A stretch of DNA of 60,637 nt, filler included, from Hausera hauseri (taxonomy: Eukaryota): the NCBI GenBank assembly GCA_046269625.1. It is 11 parts of 11 records of this genome, joined end to end, with 100 filler letters (N's around TTAATTAATTAA, not from the genome) between each part and the next. Parts side by side here need not be neighbours in the genome. Positions count along the whole stretch, not along the records: positions 8,704 to 13,310 come from JBJURY010507686.1; positions 13,411 to 20,854 come from JBJURY010014566.1; 9 more parts are not named here. One strand, given 5' to 3'. The translations under genes were made by a program, and so were the position numbers. Shown one piece after another: positions 9,201 through 20,954 of the stretch. A model generated the notes under the pieces. That model ran no database searches and was not told where the DNA came from. It worked only from the letters and a program-made list of their open reading frames with translations. How positions within the stretch are numbered: position 1 is the stretch's first letter; each line of letters begins with the position of its first letter.

Positions 9201-12002
9201 ACCATTATCGATTGACAGATGTTCAACGAAATTCAAAAATTAAATTAAAGTGAAAGTAGAAAAGCGACACATTTTAAAATACACCGCATTTCATGTCATT
9301 AAATAAAATAAATTGACAAAAGTTCATTCTGAGTAATTATTTGTTATTTCTATCAAAAACAAATTGATGTTATGACGAATTGAGACACTTTATGTATAAC
9401 TGCTTTATGCGCATCAGTACGTTTTGTTTTAATGTTACGCGAACGAATAATAAAATTATTACGAGAAGTTTTGAATTTTTTTTTGCTAATTTTTAAAACT
9501 TTTGATTGTTGTTCATGAAATGATCTATATTTATTCAGAAATGTTCAATTCAATTAATACGTCACGTCGTTGGTAATTGACAAGAAGAGAAAAGAAAATG
9601 TTTTTGAAATATGATAATTATAAACAAAAACCAAACAAATTTGTTGAAATTAAGAACATTAAGAAAGTAATGCTATCCAGAAACAAATAATTCCCATGTT
9701 GGATAGGTTTGTATTTGTGCCATGATGTTCAATATCTTTTCAATCCTTATCCAAATAAAAGATAGTCAAGATTTGACATGCAACGTTTGACACCAAATGG
9801 TTTTATATGTAAAGTTGCCAAGCGTCAATTAGATTTGGAGAAAGTAAATATTCCAATCAGACTTAGAATCTATATAGAAGTTAAGCTAAAAGCAACATTT
9901 AAAAAAGATGAACTACAAGAAATCATTGAATTTGACATTGAGTCAATGACCTAACTGTGGTGCTATTTTTATGCGAACAACAAATTTAAACTTCCTTCAC
10001 TCACAATCCTCCTATTCGATTATTCAGTTAGTAGACAGTTCCCTGCATGGCAAAAATAGGAATTTACTGACGAACTTTTCAAAGACCTGTTTTTACTTTT
10101 ACCAAAATGTGACAGATTTAACTTCTGCAATTCTGTACCTCTCGAAATGCTAACCAAAAACTTTAACTTCATTGTATGACTGTGAACTATTATGCTTTAC
10201 GTAAAAATATCCACAGTATTATGATTAAGCTGATTAATCCTGTTGAATATAACACTTTACTCTGATCACAAATAAATATTTACAAGTTGCCAAATACAGT
10301 GAATTTGTTTTGGAAAGATTGCAATGAAAAAAAATGTAGAGTAAAAATTCTGAACGGTAGGATTGATGATTATTCTCTTTAGCTTAACTTTCAAATATAT
10401 GCGTATGTATATAAATATATATAGTCTCAATTAAAATTGTTTATCGTTTGAACGAGTAAATGGGATTGAAATCGATGCTCTTTTGTTTTTGATCTGTGGA
10501 CAGACGACTAACAAATAGAGGAGTAAACATATTTTGTGACCGATAGGTCGAATCAGCTCTCTAACACGGATTTTGGATGAAACAACGAATTTAACTGTTT
10601 AATATTGCAAAGTACTTTGGTTTCAAATAAAACGACAATTAGGTTGAAATTCTCAACTGAACAAAAAATCTTAACAGCAACGACAGACAATTTCTGAATG
10701 ATAAAACAAGATCGAAAATACAATAAATGGAATTAACGACAAAACAAAAAACTTTCAACTTCTCAACGATCCTTTTACTTGATTGTATCACGTCTGTATT
10801 GTTTTTAATCCGACTAAATGTTTGTAGCTTTGCAGATTATTTTGACAAGTCACTTCCTATCGACGAGTTTTCTTTTTCTTCTCTTTTTTGTTACTGTTAC
10901 TGAAACCGTATGTAAACGTTGTATCTTCTCCTTTTATTTTAAACAAAAACTTCTAGAAATAGTTTTTTCTTAACTGTGCAACCATCGAGCCGGTTGGGTC
11001 GGTTACTCAATTTCCACGGCACTTATGTAATGTGTATTTACAAAAGTAATTAAGTTCAGATCTACAATTGCTTGTTGCTTATAAAAGTTTAATTTGAAGT
11101 TCGAAAGATTTTGAATTGTGACCAATGGATGCGGCAGACGGAACAAAGTTAAAACAAGTTAGGATACTGTCATGCATACTGCGCCGATGACAAGCGTAAA
11201 AATGAGCAACCTAAGTTGAGCGAAAAAATGATGAAGGAAAAAATTTAATTATTCAATTTTGTTTAGTCCTCGTGATTTCAATTTTTATTATTTTGGGAGT
11301 TGATGTTTGTTGGCTGCCTGGACGGTAGCTGGCAAAATCCAGGAAGCAAGGCGAGAACGGGAAAAAACGCACCAGCCTAGGACGGTCCACGCCAGTCATT
11401 CTGTTGAAAGGAAAGTCGTGTCCTCAACCGCGGCACTACACCAACTATAAGAGTTTTATTTCGATTGGTACATAGTTTTCTGCCACACACTTCAGATCCA
11501 GATAGGATCCAATTCGTTCAACGTAGTTTCCTTTCCTGAGAAGACTGGAGATTCATCCGACTGGGGATTGAAGACCAACTCTCGAATTTCTGCTTTTTCT
11601 TTGAGCTCTTGTTTCTTTAATTAAGTTTTGTTTGACGATTTCGTCTGTAATCATCGTTGTTCCGACATTATTCAGATAATAATCATCTTTGGAAAAAGCA
11701 GTAAAGATCATCGACTTTGTTTGATCGACTAAATCACCAATAGGAACTGGATTGTTCAGTAGAATCGACTGTTTAACATGCACAAATGTATCGGCATTTT
11801 CAATTAAAATATCGTTGGCGTAACCAAATAATTCATGTTGAAAGATCAGATAGGACGTCTGAATAAATGCGGAAAATTGTCCTTTCTTGCTGATGATCGG
11901 CATTCCTAATAAACTGGTTTTCCTTTTTCTTTTGTACAAATTTTAATTTTTGTTTTCAAAAATCTTTGTCCAAAATTATTTTTCTGCTTTCACGAACTCC
12001 CA

Positions 12003-12710
12003 TAATTTAATTAAAATGTTTGATGCAACAATTTAAATGCTCTGTGAAGAAAAAGTCGGAAACCGCAGGCAGCCACAACAGCCCATACGAAACCAAAAAG
12101 TACACAAAATTACGATGGTTTTATTTAATGAACAAATGAGTATATCAAAGTCAGATGTTACACGCAACTTTACACAAACTATTTTATATTCGGATAATAT
12201 TTCAGTTGAATGGCAGAGGAATTGCTCATTATTTCGAGTTTGATATTGAAATTAGTAAATCAAAGTAGTACATTTTCCAGTTCATATTTTGTAAGCCATT
12301 TATGAAGAAAGTGAATCGTTATAATAAGTAACTTACTTAGATACAGAAACGAATTTACAACTTTGTCTTATTTGTTTCAATATCAAACTCGAAATAACGT
12401 CATAATTTTGTACATATTCGTTTCATATTGGAGAATTACTTATGCCAGAAGTGCCGATAACACGACAATTATTAACCGGAACTAAAAAGGAAATCAGCGT
12501 AACCATGACAATTTTCAATGAAATCTGTGCTTAGAAGTAAACTAGTGCCCTTACAAGCTGAATGATCTGTCACAATGACACCATCATACATCACCACAGA
12601 ATCAATTTAAGGTGATTAATTAATTAATCACCTTAATTTAATTAAAATGTTTGATGCAACAATTTAAATGCTCTGTGAAGAAAAATCCGGAACCGCACGC
12701 GGCCACAACA
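12003..12710. repeat. ~75-bp direct repeat (12003-12080 and 12634-12710) with a perfect 30-bp palindrome at 12607-12636
   Basis: taatttaattaaaatgtttgatgcaacaatttaaatgctctgtgaagaaaaa occurs twice; ttaaggtgattaattaattaatcaccttaa is its own reverse complement. Confidence 0.85.
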
Positions 12711-13410
12711 ATTTTGTGATACTATGATATTTGGTTGCATTTAATGTTTCATTAAAGATACTTAAATGAAGAAAAATTACCCAAAATGAAAATGTTCAGT
12801 CTGTTGACCGGAACTGTAACTTGTTTCCCTTTTTTGTCTGAATTGATCCATCTTAAACATCAGCACTTAAGGGTTAGGTTCTTTACTCAAGGACAAGTGG
12901 CTTTTAGTGGAGGTGGGAGTGTCAGTCATGTACTCCTTTCCCATCAGCCTGATTGTGGATTCCAACTCTTGTCCTCGCACTGCAGAACTGTTTTTTGCCC
13001 TTTAAGAGAGGTCGTCTTTAATTAAAAGCACTCCAGGACTTTAGCAGTCTTTGCATGTCTGTCAGATCAGTATGGATCTGATCAAAACCTACATGTAGAC
13101 TGTCTTTGTGTCTTTGCTTTTAAGATGTCTAAGAGCAAAACAGAGGACAGCACAAATTATGCTAGAAATAATTATTATTCCTGTAGTATGCCTGACTCTT
13201 CAATGAATTTTAATAATTTTCTTCCACAGCGACTTTAAGGCATTTGTGACCTTAAGAAAATTCTTGCGATATTATTTTCTCTAACAGTCAGTATTTGATT
13301 TGCCTTGGGGNNNNNNNNNNNNNNNNNNNNNNNNNNNNNNNNNNNNNNNNNNNNTTAATTAATTAANNNNNNNNNNNNNNNNNNNNNNNNNNNNNNNNNN
13401 NNNNNNNNNN

Positions 13411-13990
13411 AGTGCCTTGGCAACCATATCCAAGGGCACCTCCACCTTGAGCAATTCCATATCGGTACTGAACCGTGTGTACTACCTACCAGTACTTTCC
13501 CCGGATCGATATTATCAATTTTTACTTTATAGCGAAAAGGTTTATGCGGGTTTTCCCTCTGTTAAGAATTATTCGAAAACCAATCGATATATTTAAATTC
13601 TAACTGCACATTGGCATAGTCCATCATGTGTGCATTCGATTGCACCCAGTGTCGTACCCTAATCATCAATATTGGGACTATCGGAAATCCGATATTATTG
13701 ATTTTTGCATACTTGCACATGTGCTGCACACTTGCACAGTGCGCCAATCGATGCATCTCGATGTGCCCTATCCATTTGCACAAAGTGCAGATCCATTCGA
13801 TCAATACTACACAGTGCAGCGATCGATTTGTGAAAAGTGCAAAAATGTTCATAGCAATGATGCCTAACGGCACCGTTGCTAGGCACTCTATGAGTCCATA
13901 GTGCACCGGGTGCATTATCGATAGGCACATGTGCCATATCGATTCGCACACCCTCGGGGTGGGGCAGAACCGCCATATTCATACTACTTG
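13411..13990. repeat. TGCA/TCGA-rich repeat family; truncates the second glycoprotein copy
   Basis: Its reverse complement matches 41742-42330 (e.g. gcaaaaatcaataatatcggatttccgata...gtgcagttagaattta). Confidence 0.85.
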
Positions 13991-15500
13991 CATTGGAGTA
14001 GAAAAACGAGAAATTGTCTAAATTCCTCTACTTCTTTCGGTCGGTAAATACCCTTTGCAGGAGTATCTTTAAACTTATTATCAGTTATTCCTTTTATTAA
14101 GTTTGTTCCGGTTAACTTGGTGGGCGGAGTAATTATACCACCGTTTGGTAAACTTACCCAATGGGTTTCGCTACGTCTAAACATCGGTTCTCCTTAACTG
14201 GTCTTACAGTCCTTTAGAATTGTAGGTTGGGCGGAGTTTGCTAGTAATACTCTAGTAATTGGCATCACTAATTTCCGTGTGTCCTGATATATTATTGGAA
14301 GTTTTTGGATATATCTCTTCTCCTCCACATCCTTTTTCTCGCATTTATATGTCAGTAGGACTGCTCCGGTCACCCGACCAAAAGCGCCTTCCTTCATCGG
14401 AATTATTGTTGATGCTAGCTTGGGATTTCCGTAAATTAAAGCAAATTTGGTTCTCATGACTTCTAAGTCTAGTTTGCAATCGTTCATTATCATCTTATGG
14501 TATAAGTCAGTAATTCTGGCCTGTCCTTTGTAGTAGAAATAATCATCTCTATTTTTCAGATAATCCTCAATTCGAATATCCTGAATCTCAAGCTTAAACG
14601 TTCTGGCATTTATCTCCGTCTTAGCTACAAAAAATGTTTCGTAATTAGTAGCATACATTACCACATCACATCTAGTGAGCACATCTTTCTTTACGAACTT
14701 TAGCCCGTAAGTATCGGAAATTAGTATGGTAGGCGTAAGCTGCTCCGCTACATCTTCTCGCGTTTTCGAGTTAGTGTCCGTACTACCTATATAACGTCTC
14801 CCTGTCGTTTCACGGAACTTAAGTTCTTTAATTCTAATAAAATTGCAGTCAGTTTTGGTTGGGGATTCTAAAATCACTACGGAACTTCTGAAAGCGCAAG
14901 TGCCGTCCTGAATGTGACACTTGTAGTTTTCCGTATAGAGCTTGGTAACACTATGGAATATTAGTTTTTGTGGGCGCATTTCGGTTTCATGGAAACCCAC
15001 AACCACTACGTTCGACTCTAACCCTTTTTAGTGTCGTATTCTGTGACGTTACAGTGTCCCGTATGCATATCCAGTCTTCCCTCTGCTACTTTACATACTC
15101 TGATTATTTTTCCTTGTTGCATTTTCAGTTCCATATTGTCCCATTTTATTCTTCCGATCTCTCTGCCCTGCTTACAATGCTGACGTTCCAAGTTCATTGG
15201 AATTGGCGGCGTTGCTGCCTTTATTATTAATGAATGTCCATGTATTAACCCACAATGAAAGATACTACGAGATCGTCGCAACATACATTCTATTCCATCT
15301 AATGCGACTAGTTCACGTTGTTGATACAACACATAATTCTTCTCTTTTGTCTCCAATTTGTGTGGCCTTGCATCTTCACACATTTCTAGGTCCATCAGTG
15401 AATATTTTTGGCCAAGCTTAAATTTGTCACAGTCATATATTGTGACTGCTCCCATTTGTCTTACTAACAGCATCACAGTCAGAAGATTAATTAGCCAATT
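13984..15500 (-). pseudogene. env: Second, decayed copy of the chuvirus-like glycoprotein (N-terminus and ectodomain)
   Basis: Signal-peptide-like WLINLLTVMLLVRQMGA, then VTIYDC...YSLMDLEMC...ECMLRRSRSIFHCG..H. The remainder aligns residue by residue with 6510-8603 (FHSVTKLYTEN, PTILISD, KGIYRPKE). Frameshifted near 15018 and 14190. Confidence 0.88.
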
Positions 15501-15551
15501 CTACTTGTTTCCCCGATTATTTCCGGCTAGGTTTCGTATCATGTCTTCGAA

Positions 15552-18500
15552 TCAATTATTTCCAAGGGAGGATCCATTTTGATGCTTTTCTTTTTCGAAT
15601 AATTTAGACCAATTTATTTCTCGGGGTAGTTTCCTGGCAGATCTCCACGCGAAACTAGTGACTTTGTTAAATTCATTTTCCCAAGCTGGATTTGTTTTAA
15701 TTGTTAAATACAGTAGCACTTTTCTTAACTCTTCTATGGTATCCTCTACCATAATCTTTTCGATCACCGATTCGTCGCTTAAGGTGCTTCTCGATAATTT
15801 ACAGCAGAAGTTTTTTATTGTTCTGGCTGCATTTAATATAGATCTCTTTTTTTATCTAGTATTTCGTCACACAGACTAGACTGGTCCACTATGCGTATTA
15901 GATTTTCATAAGTTCATTCAACTCCTCGTTTTCCGCACTAAAGGTTGGTATCAACATTTGCCTCAATTCCCTAATCAAATCTCCATTATAATTAACTTCT
16001 TTACGTATTTTTCGCAGCCTACCTATAGTACGTTTCTGTCTCGCGATAACTGGTGGGATCTCACTGGTGGGTACTAAATTCTTGTCATATTGTTCTTTGT
16101 CTTCGTCGGTCTGCAAAAACTCAAAGTATATCGCTGCATCTCAAACTCCCATGATCCGTTCTCTCATTGCTCCGTCTTCGCTTTCCTTGTGGCCTCTTCT
16201 TTTGTTTCGTCAGTAGTTATCGTCACCATGACACGATCGGTTTTTTCTGGGATAATCCCGATTTCCGTTAGTTGCTCCAGGTCGTCTAATATTCTACCTC
16301 GAAAAGAAAGTCTATAACTTGGCTCATTGGTATAACCATTACTCTTTAACCGCTGTACTACATCTCTCAGTGATGAAGGGGTAGTGAGTTTGCATTCTTT
16401 CTCGTTCATCCAGTCTGACGTAATTTTTACTTTAATTGTCTCTTCGGGTCTTGTCCTTAATATTTTGCCATACTCTTATATCAAGAGTTTCGGCACAACG
16501 TCATAAACCGTACCTTCACTGGATAATTTGGTCAGGGTAGGAACTTACTGTCTTAACTGATTTTCGGTCAGGTTCACATTAATTAATTTAATTAAATCGC
16601 TTTCGGTGTGTGTCAAGTTCAGAAGCATTCCCACATTGGATCTCTGGTCCGACGGGCAAGTCTCCGTTTCACACAACTGCACTGGGGTTTTCGGATTCTC
16701 GGAGACTACTGCACTCAGATACACATCCCATTCATTTTCATTGTCGGGCAGTCCGAAATCAATTTCCAACGTCTCTATTGGCTGGGCTACGTTTACGTTT
16801 TTAATTGCTTCGCTTAGTTCGTGCAGCATTGATTGTATTTTAATCATTTGCGTCGTTCGGAAACAGCGTCTGTTTCCGGAAGTTTGGCTTAATACTGTTA
16901 ACAACTGACATAATTCTTCGGTTGTTATCAGTCCATTTTCCTAATAATTGGTTAGTTCGGAGGCTACGTCTCTTTGCCATCTTTGCACAAATTGTGACTT
17001 ATCAGCCTTTTCTGCTTCCATGAGAGCATAATTGTTTTTGTAGACTTCGAGCTCCTTGGCTAGTTCGTCTAACCTCACCTCTCTCTGTTTAGTCCTAATA
17101 CAGGTTTCTTTGACCTGGCGTATCTGGAGTAATAATCGTCTTATTTTCTCCTCACTGATTTCTGCCATTTCTACCATTAGTAACGCTAGCTCATACATTT
17201 AATTAATCGCTTTCGAGTCCGGGTCGATAGCATCTAGCAATATCTTCACAAACTTGACTTCCGCGAAGCTGAGATGATGGTCGTTTCTTACTCTTGTTAG
17301 TTCGGTATGACACCTTTGATCCGTTCCGATCATCCATTCTTGTGGCCGGTGTAAGAACTTTATCGCTCCTTCTATAGTCAATCGGTGGTATGGGAAGATG
17401 TCTAAAATTTCAAGATCTCTAGTTGAGATTTCCTCGATAGATTTAGTGGTCAATTTTTGGATTCCTTCTAGGCAGACATTTCATAATCCCGGGTAGAAAC
17501 TACAAGTCATTTTCCGTTTATCCGTAAAGTTTCTTTCTTCGATAATTATATATATATCTTTCAATATCGTCGTCTCTTGTTTTCTTTTCATAAAGTTCAA
17601 TTGGCATAATGTATTAAATGGGGTCCTACTATCTATTTCCGCTCTCATTGTATCCAGATTTCGTGAATCTTCTTCTAATTGTTTTCTTACTGTAGGCTTA
17701 CTTTTTGGGAAGTCTTTCATACAGTCTTCAACTAATTTACTCAGTCTCGTCATTACTTGAGACTATTCGTCTAGCTGATTAGCGATATTCGACTTCTCCA
17801 ATATTGTTTTGTTCAGCATTTTGTATGCGTCTTCTAACTCATCATCCGGGCCTTTGATGAAACAAATGGTCTGGTATGCGTAGTTGAATTTATCCTTATA
17901 CTCATAGGGTTTAAGGATGCACGCCTTAATTATGTTCTGTGTTTCGTCATTGTCCAATTGCATGATTCATTTTCTCAAACTGCATATTTGTGACCTTTTT
18001 TCGGTTTCAATCTTAACTCGATTTTCCAGGCTCGTATATTGCTTCGATACGGTAGAGGTAATTTTAATTATTTGTATTAATGGCGGGATATCCATTGCGT
18101 TTATACCCAACATTTTTAGATCCGTTTCATTTTGTTCTTTGACCGGTTTTTCTTTGAGTCACCCTACTATGTCGAATCTAATTTCATTCATGATGCGCTT
18201 CAGGTTACGCGTTACCCTTTTTAATTTTGGATTTTCCTCTAATGTAGTCAGTAGCCCTTGGGCCTTTTTATTCTAGCTCCAACATCCTCAATATGTTTGT
18301 CCTATACCTTGGGAATTCTTACTCCGCTTTTTATCCACATTTCTAATTCGCATTTCCATTTCTCTAATAATTCTGGGGACACTTGTTCAGGTTGCTCTAG
18401 GTCCATAGCTTCGCTTAGTTTTCCTTCGTTGTATAGCTTTATTTTTTGTATAATTTTTCTACAAACTGTTTCTCTTTACCAGAAATGTCTGTCTGTTTGC

Positions 18501-18856
18501 TCATTTCTTTGAGTTTTTCTAGGTTCTGTTGCACTACATCTGGGTTGAGGCAATTAATCCTCATTCTCTTTAATTCATCGGCGTTTTTCCACAAGCGTCT
18601 GATTTTACACTTTTTATGATCGGACTTCTCACTTTGTTCGGTCTCTTCTTCGCTAGTAGGCAATGGACATATAATTTATTTCGTTTACAGATCCCGCTAC
18701 TTCTTCGATTCTGATGGGCGTAGCTGGGTTAATTTCCGGAGTGTTTAAAGTAAACTCTGTATCGCTTTCTAAGGCGATTCCTGCTTCTCCCGCTCTATCT
18801 AATTTTTCTTTTGTCATCGGAGATCGCGAATGATTCTTCCGTTTTCTTTTTAACAA
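15552..18856 (-). pseudogene. Fragmented accessory coding region between gag and the glycoprotein (charged, coiled-coil-like segments; function unknown)
   Basis: Chain of same-strand K/E/R-rich ORF pieces, several abutting in frame (17199/17198; 15552..15767 is in frame with G). Confidence 0.65.
16164..16440 (-). CDS. Ubiquitin-like (beta-grasp) domain within the accessory region
   Basis: IKVKITSDWMNEKECKLTTPSSLRDVVQRLKSNGYTNEPSYRLSFRGRILDDLEQLTEIGI aligns without gaps to ubiquitin residues 1-61 (RLSFRGRILDD vs RLIFAGKQLED). No C-terminal GG. Confidence 0.7.
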
Positions 18857-18932
18857 TGGCCTACAACCCTATCCTTCGTAATTTTTAGTATTAGCGGTTC
18901 AATGAATTCTTTCTCCGTCATTTTTTATCGTT

Positions 18933-20250
18933 CTATTTACTGTTTCCATCATATATTTCAGTCTTTTTCAATTCTTCCGTTTCCTTATAAATCGTAGGAA
19001 CATTCCTTTTACGTGCCATGTCAGTCAGCTTTGGAGGGGCGATAGAATGTTTATATTCAGTTTCTGGTTCACGAAGGCCGGGGTATACTTCTAGTAATCG
19101 TAACTTGTGCTCATACTCATTCCTAGCCATCAAAACTTTGGGGTCATTAGTATCCGGTTGGGCTTTTAAGAAACGTCTTAAACCCTGTATATCGATAATC
19201 ATACCCGTGTCTTTACGGTTGCAATAAATTGCTTCTAAATTCTCATTCCTAATCACATTAATTTTACTAGGCTCAACAAACGAAACACTTCGTGTATTTG
19301 GACAGGACCTCACCACGTGTCCCTCTTGTCCACATGTGTAACAGATTAAGTTACCATTTCTACCAACCCTTTGTCGACCGTCTTCGTTTACTGGGGATTT
19401 CGGTCGACTTGCATTCCTATTGTAGTTGATTCGACTGAACTGGTCTAGAGTTCTCATTCTGACGATTATCATAACGTCGATTATCATTCTGCCGATTTCC
19501 ATTGTTAAAATTTCTGGCACCGTCTAAACGTCTATCCAAATTATAATTTGGCCTATTGGATGAACTGTTCCGGTCATTGTCAATATTTCGGTTACCATAC
19601 CGATTACTTCTATAATCGTTGCTACTGTTCTAATTTCTATTACCATAATTTCTGTTATTTTGCATGTCATTTATATCATTTCGATTTTTGTCATTACATT
19701 CATGCCGATCATTATTTCTGTCGCTTTTGTCATTGCTTATAGTATATCTGTCCAGTGCCATTTCTAAATCTTGGGCAAGCTGTAAGGTTTTATCCAAATT
19801 CTCTGGTCTTGCTAAAATCAACTGTTTCACTATGTCTCTTGACCAAATGTCATTTATTAATTGTGTCATCATCATGACGTCTAAGTCTGGAGGAGTTGCC
19901 TTTTCTGCGGCTTCGCGTCCTGCTTCGTTTTTAGTCTTGGCTATATTTGCTATTTTTAACGTGTTTACATAACTGTTTGCGAGTGTCTTCAGTGCAAATG
20001 CAAACTGGATTATTTATTCGCCCTTCTGTTGCATCCTATTCTGGAAGGCCATGAGTTTTTGTTGATGGGTTACTGTCGGCAATAATTTTCGGTTCAAGGC
20101 TCCTACCAAGGGGGACGAAGATTTTTTCTCGTCATCAGTGAGTTCACTATAGGCATCAGCGACCAAATTCTTCATGTTATATAGTTGATAACATTTCAAC
20201 TATGGAAGTTGCTCTGGTGCAACTTATTCCGTGGGTTCACTACGGTGGTT
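18933..20250 (-). pseudogene. gag: Gag with CCHC zinc knuckle, frameshifted
   Basis: FQNRMQQKGE, LILARPENLDKTLQLAQDLE, an N/R/D-rich linker, and CYTCGQEGHVVRSC. Confidence 0.85.
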
Positions 20251-20268
20251 CAGCTACTATAAAGGCTA

Positions 20269-20854
20269 GCCTGCACCTTCCATAATGTTTCTCCCTTTTT
20301 ATATATATTTATTCATCATACAAACAAGCACACCACAACAAAAATTAAAAATGACCAAATTTACAAAAGAGAAACAAAACTTTATTGATACAATAAAAAT
20401 AAATAACAAAATTAAACGGCTGCTTTCAATTATTAATCAATACAAAAACCTCGTACCTGTAGCTAAACCAGCTTCCGTCGACGATTGAACAATCAACCGG
20501 TCATCCAGTTCATTCGACATCTGTCTGTCGGTACCGTTTTCCAAACTGCTTTGTGCATTCATCGTATGTTTGGGAATGGAAATTCTGTCGTAAAACTAAG
20601 ACGATTATTAAAATAATTTACAAGTTAACTGGCTTACCAACAAAAGGTCTTCAGTAAGAATTCTTCTATCACTGCTGTTTTCTTCGCGGAAATCTGTCGT
20701 AGAGAATGGCGTCCCTTTCGCAAAAATTTATAAGTTTTTTGTGGTCATTTGGACGCAGCTTATATAGTATTTTGGACGACCATTATCGTTAATCAAATCT
20801 GGAACGATAACCAAATTGACGTTTGGGTTTCCACATGGGTCCGGAAATTAAAAT
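20269..20854 (-). repeat. Probable 5' LTR (3' end at 20286, truncated by the linker) followed by a putative PBS (20269-20282)
   Basis: On the minus strand: TATATAAG box near 20760, AATAAA signals, end ...GGGAGAAACA, then TTA and TGGAAGGTGCAGGC (imperfect tRNA-Ala-type PBS) just before gag. Confidence 0.45.
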
Positions 20855-20954
20855 NNNNNNNNNNNNNNNNNNNNNNNNNNNNNNNNNNNNNNNNNNNNTT
20901 AATTAATTAANNNNNNNNNNNNNNNNNNNNNNNNNNNNNNNNNNNNNNNNNNNN

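Noticed and set aside
9540-10350. Possible protocadherin-like remnant (LDLE...IEFDIE.VND)
   Set aside because: Too degraded and fragmented to support by eye.
11553-11939. 128-aa minus-strand ORF
   Set aside because: No recognisable domain or supporting context; left unannotated.
8603-13984. Treating contig 1 and contig 13411-20854 as one physical element
   Set aside because: They are separated by linkers and overlap in G with many substitutions, so they are paralogous copies; only homology links them.
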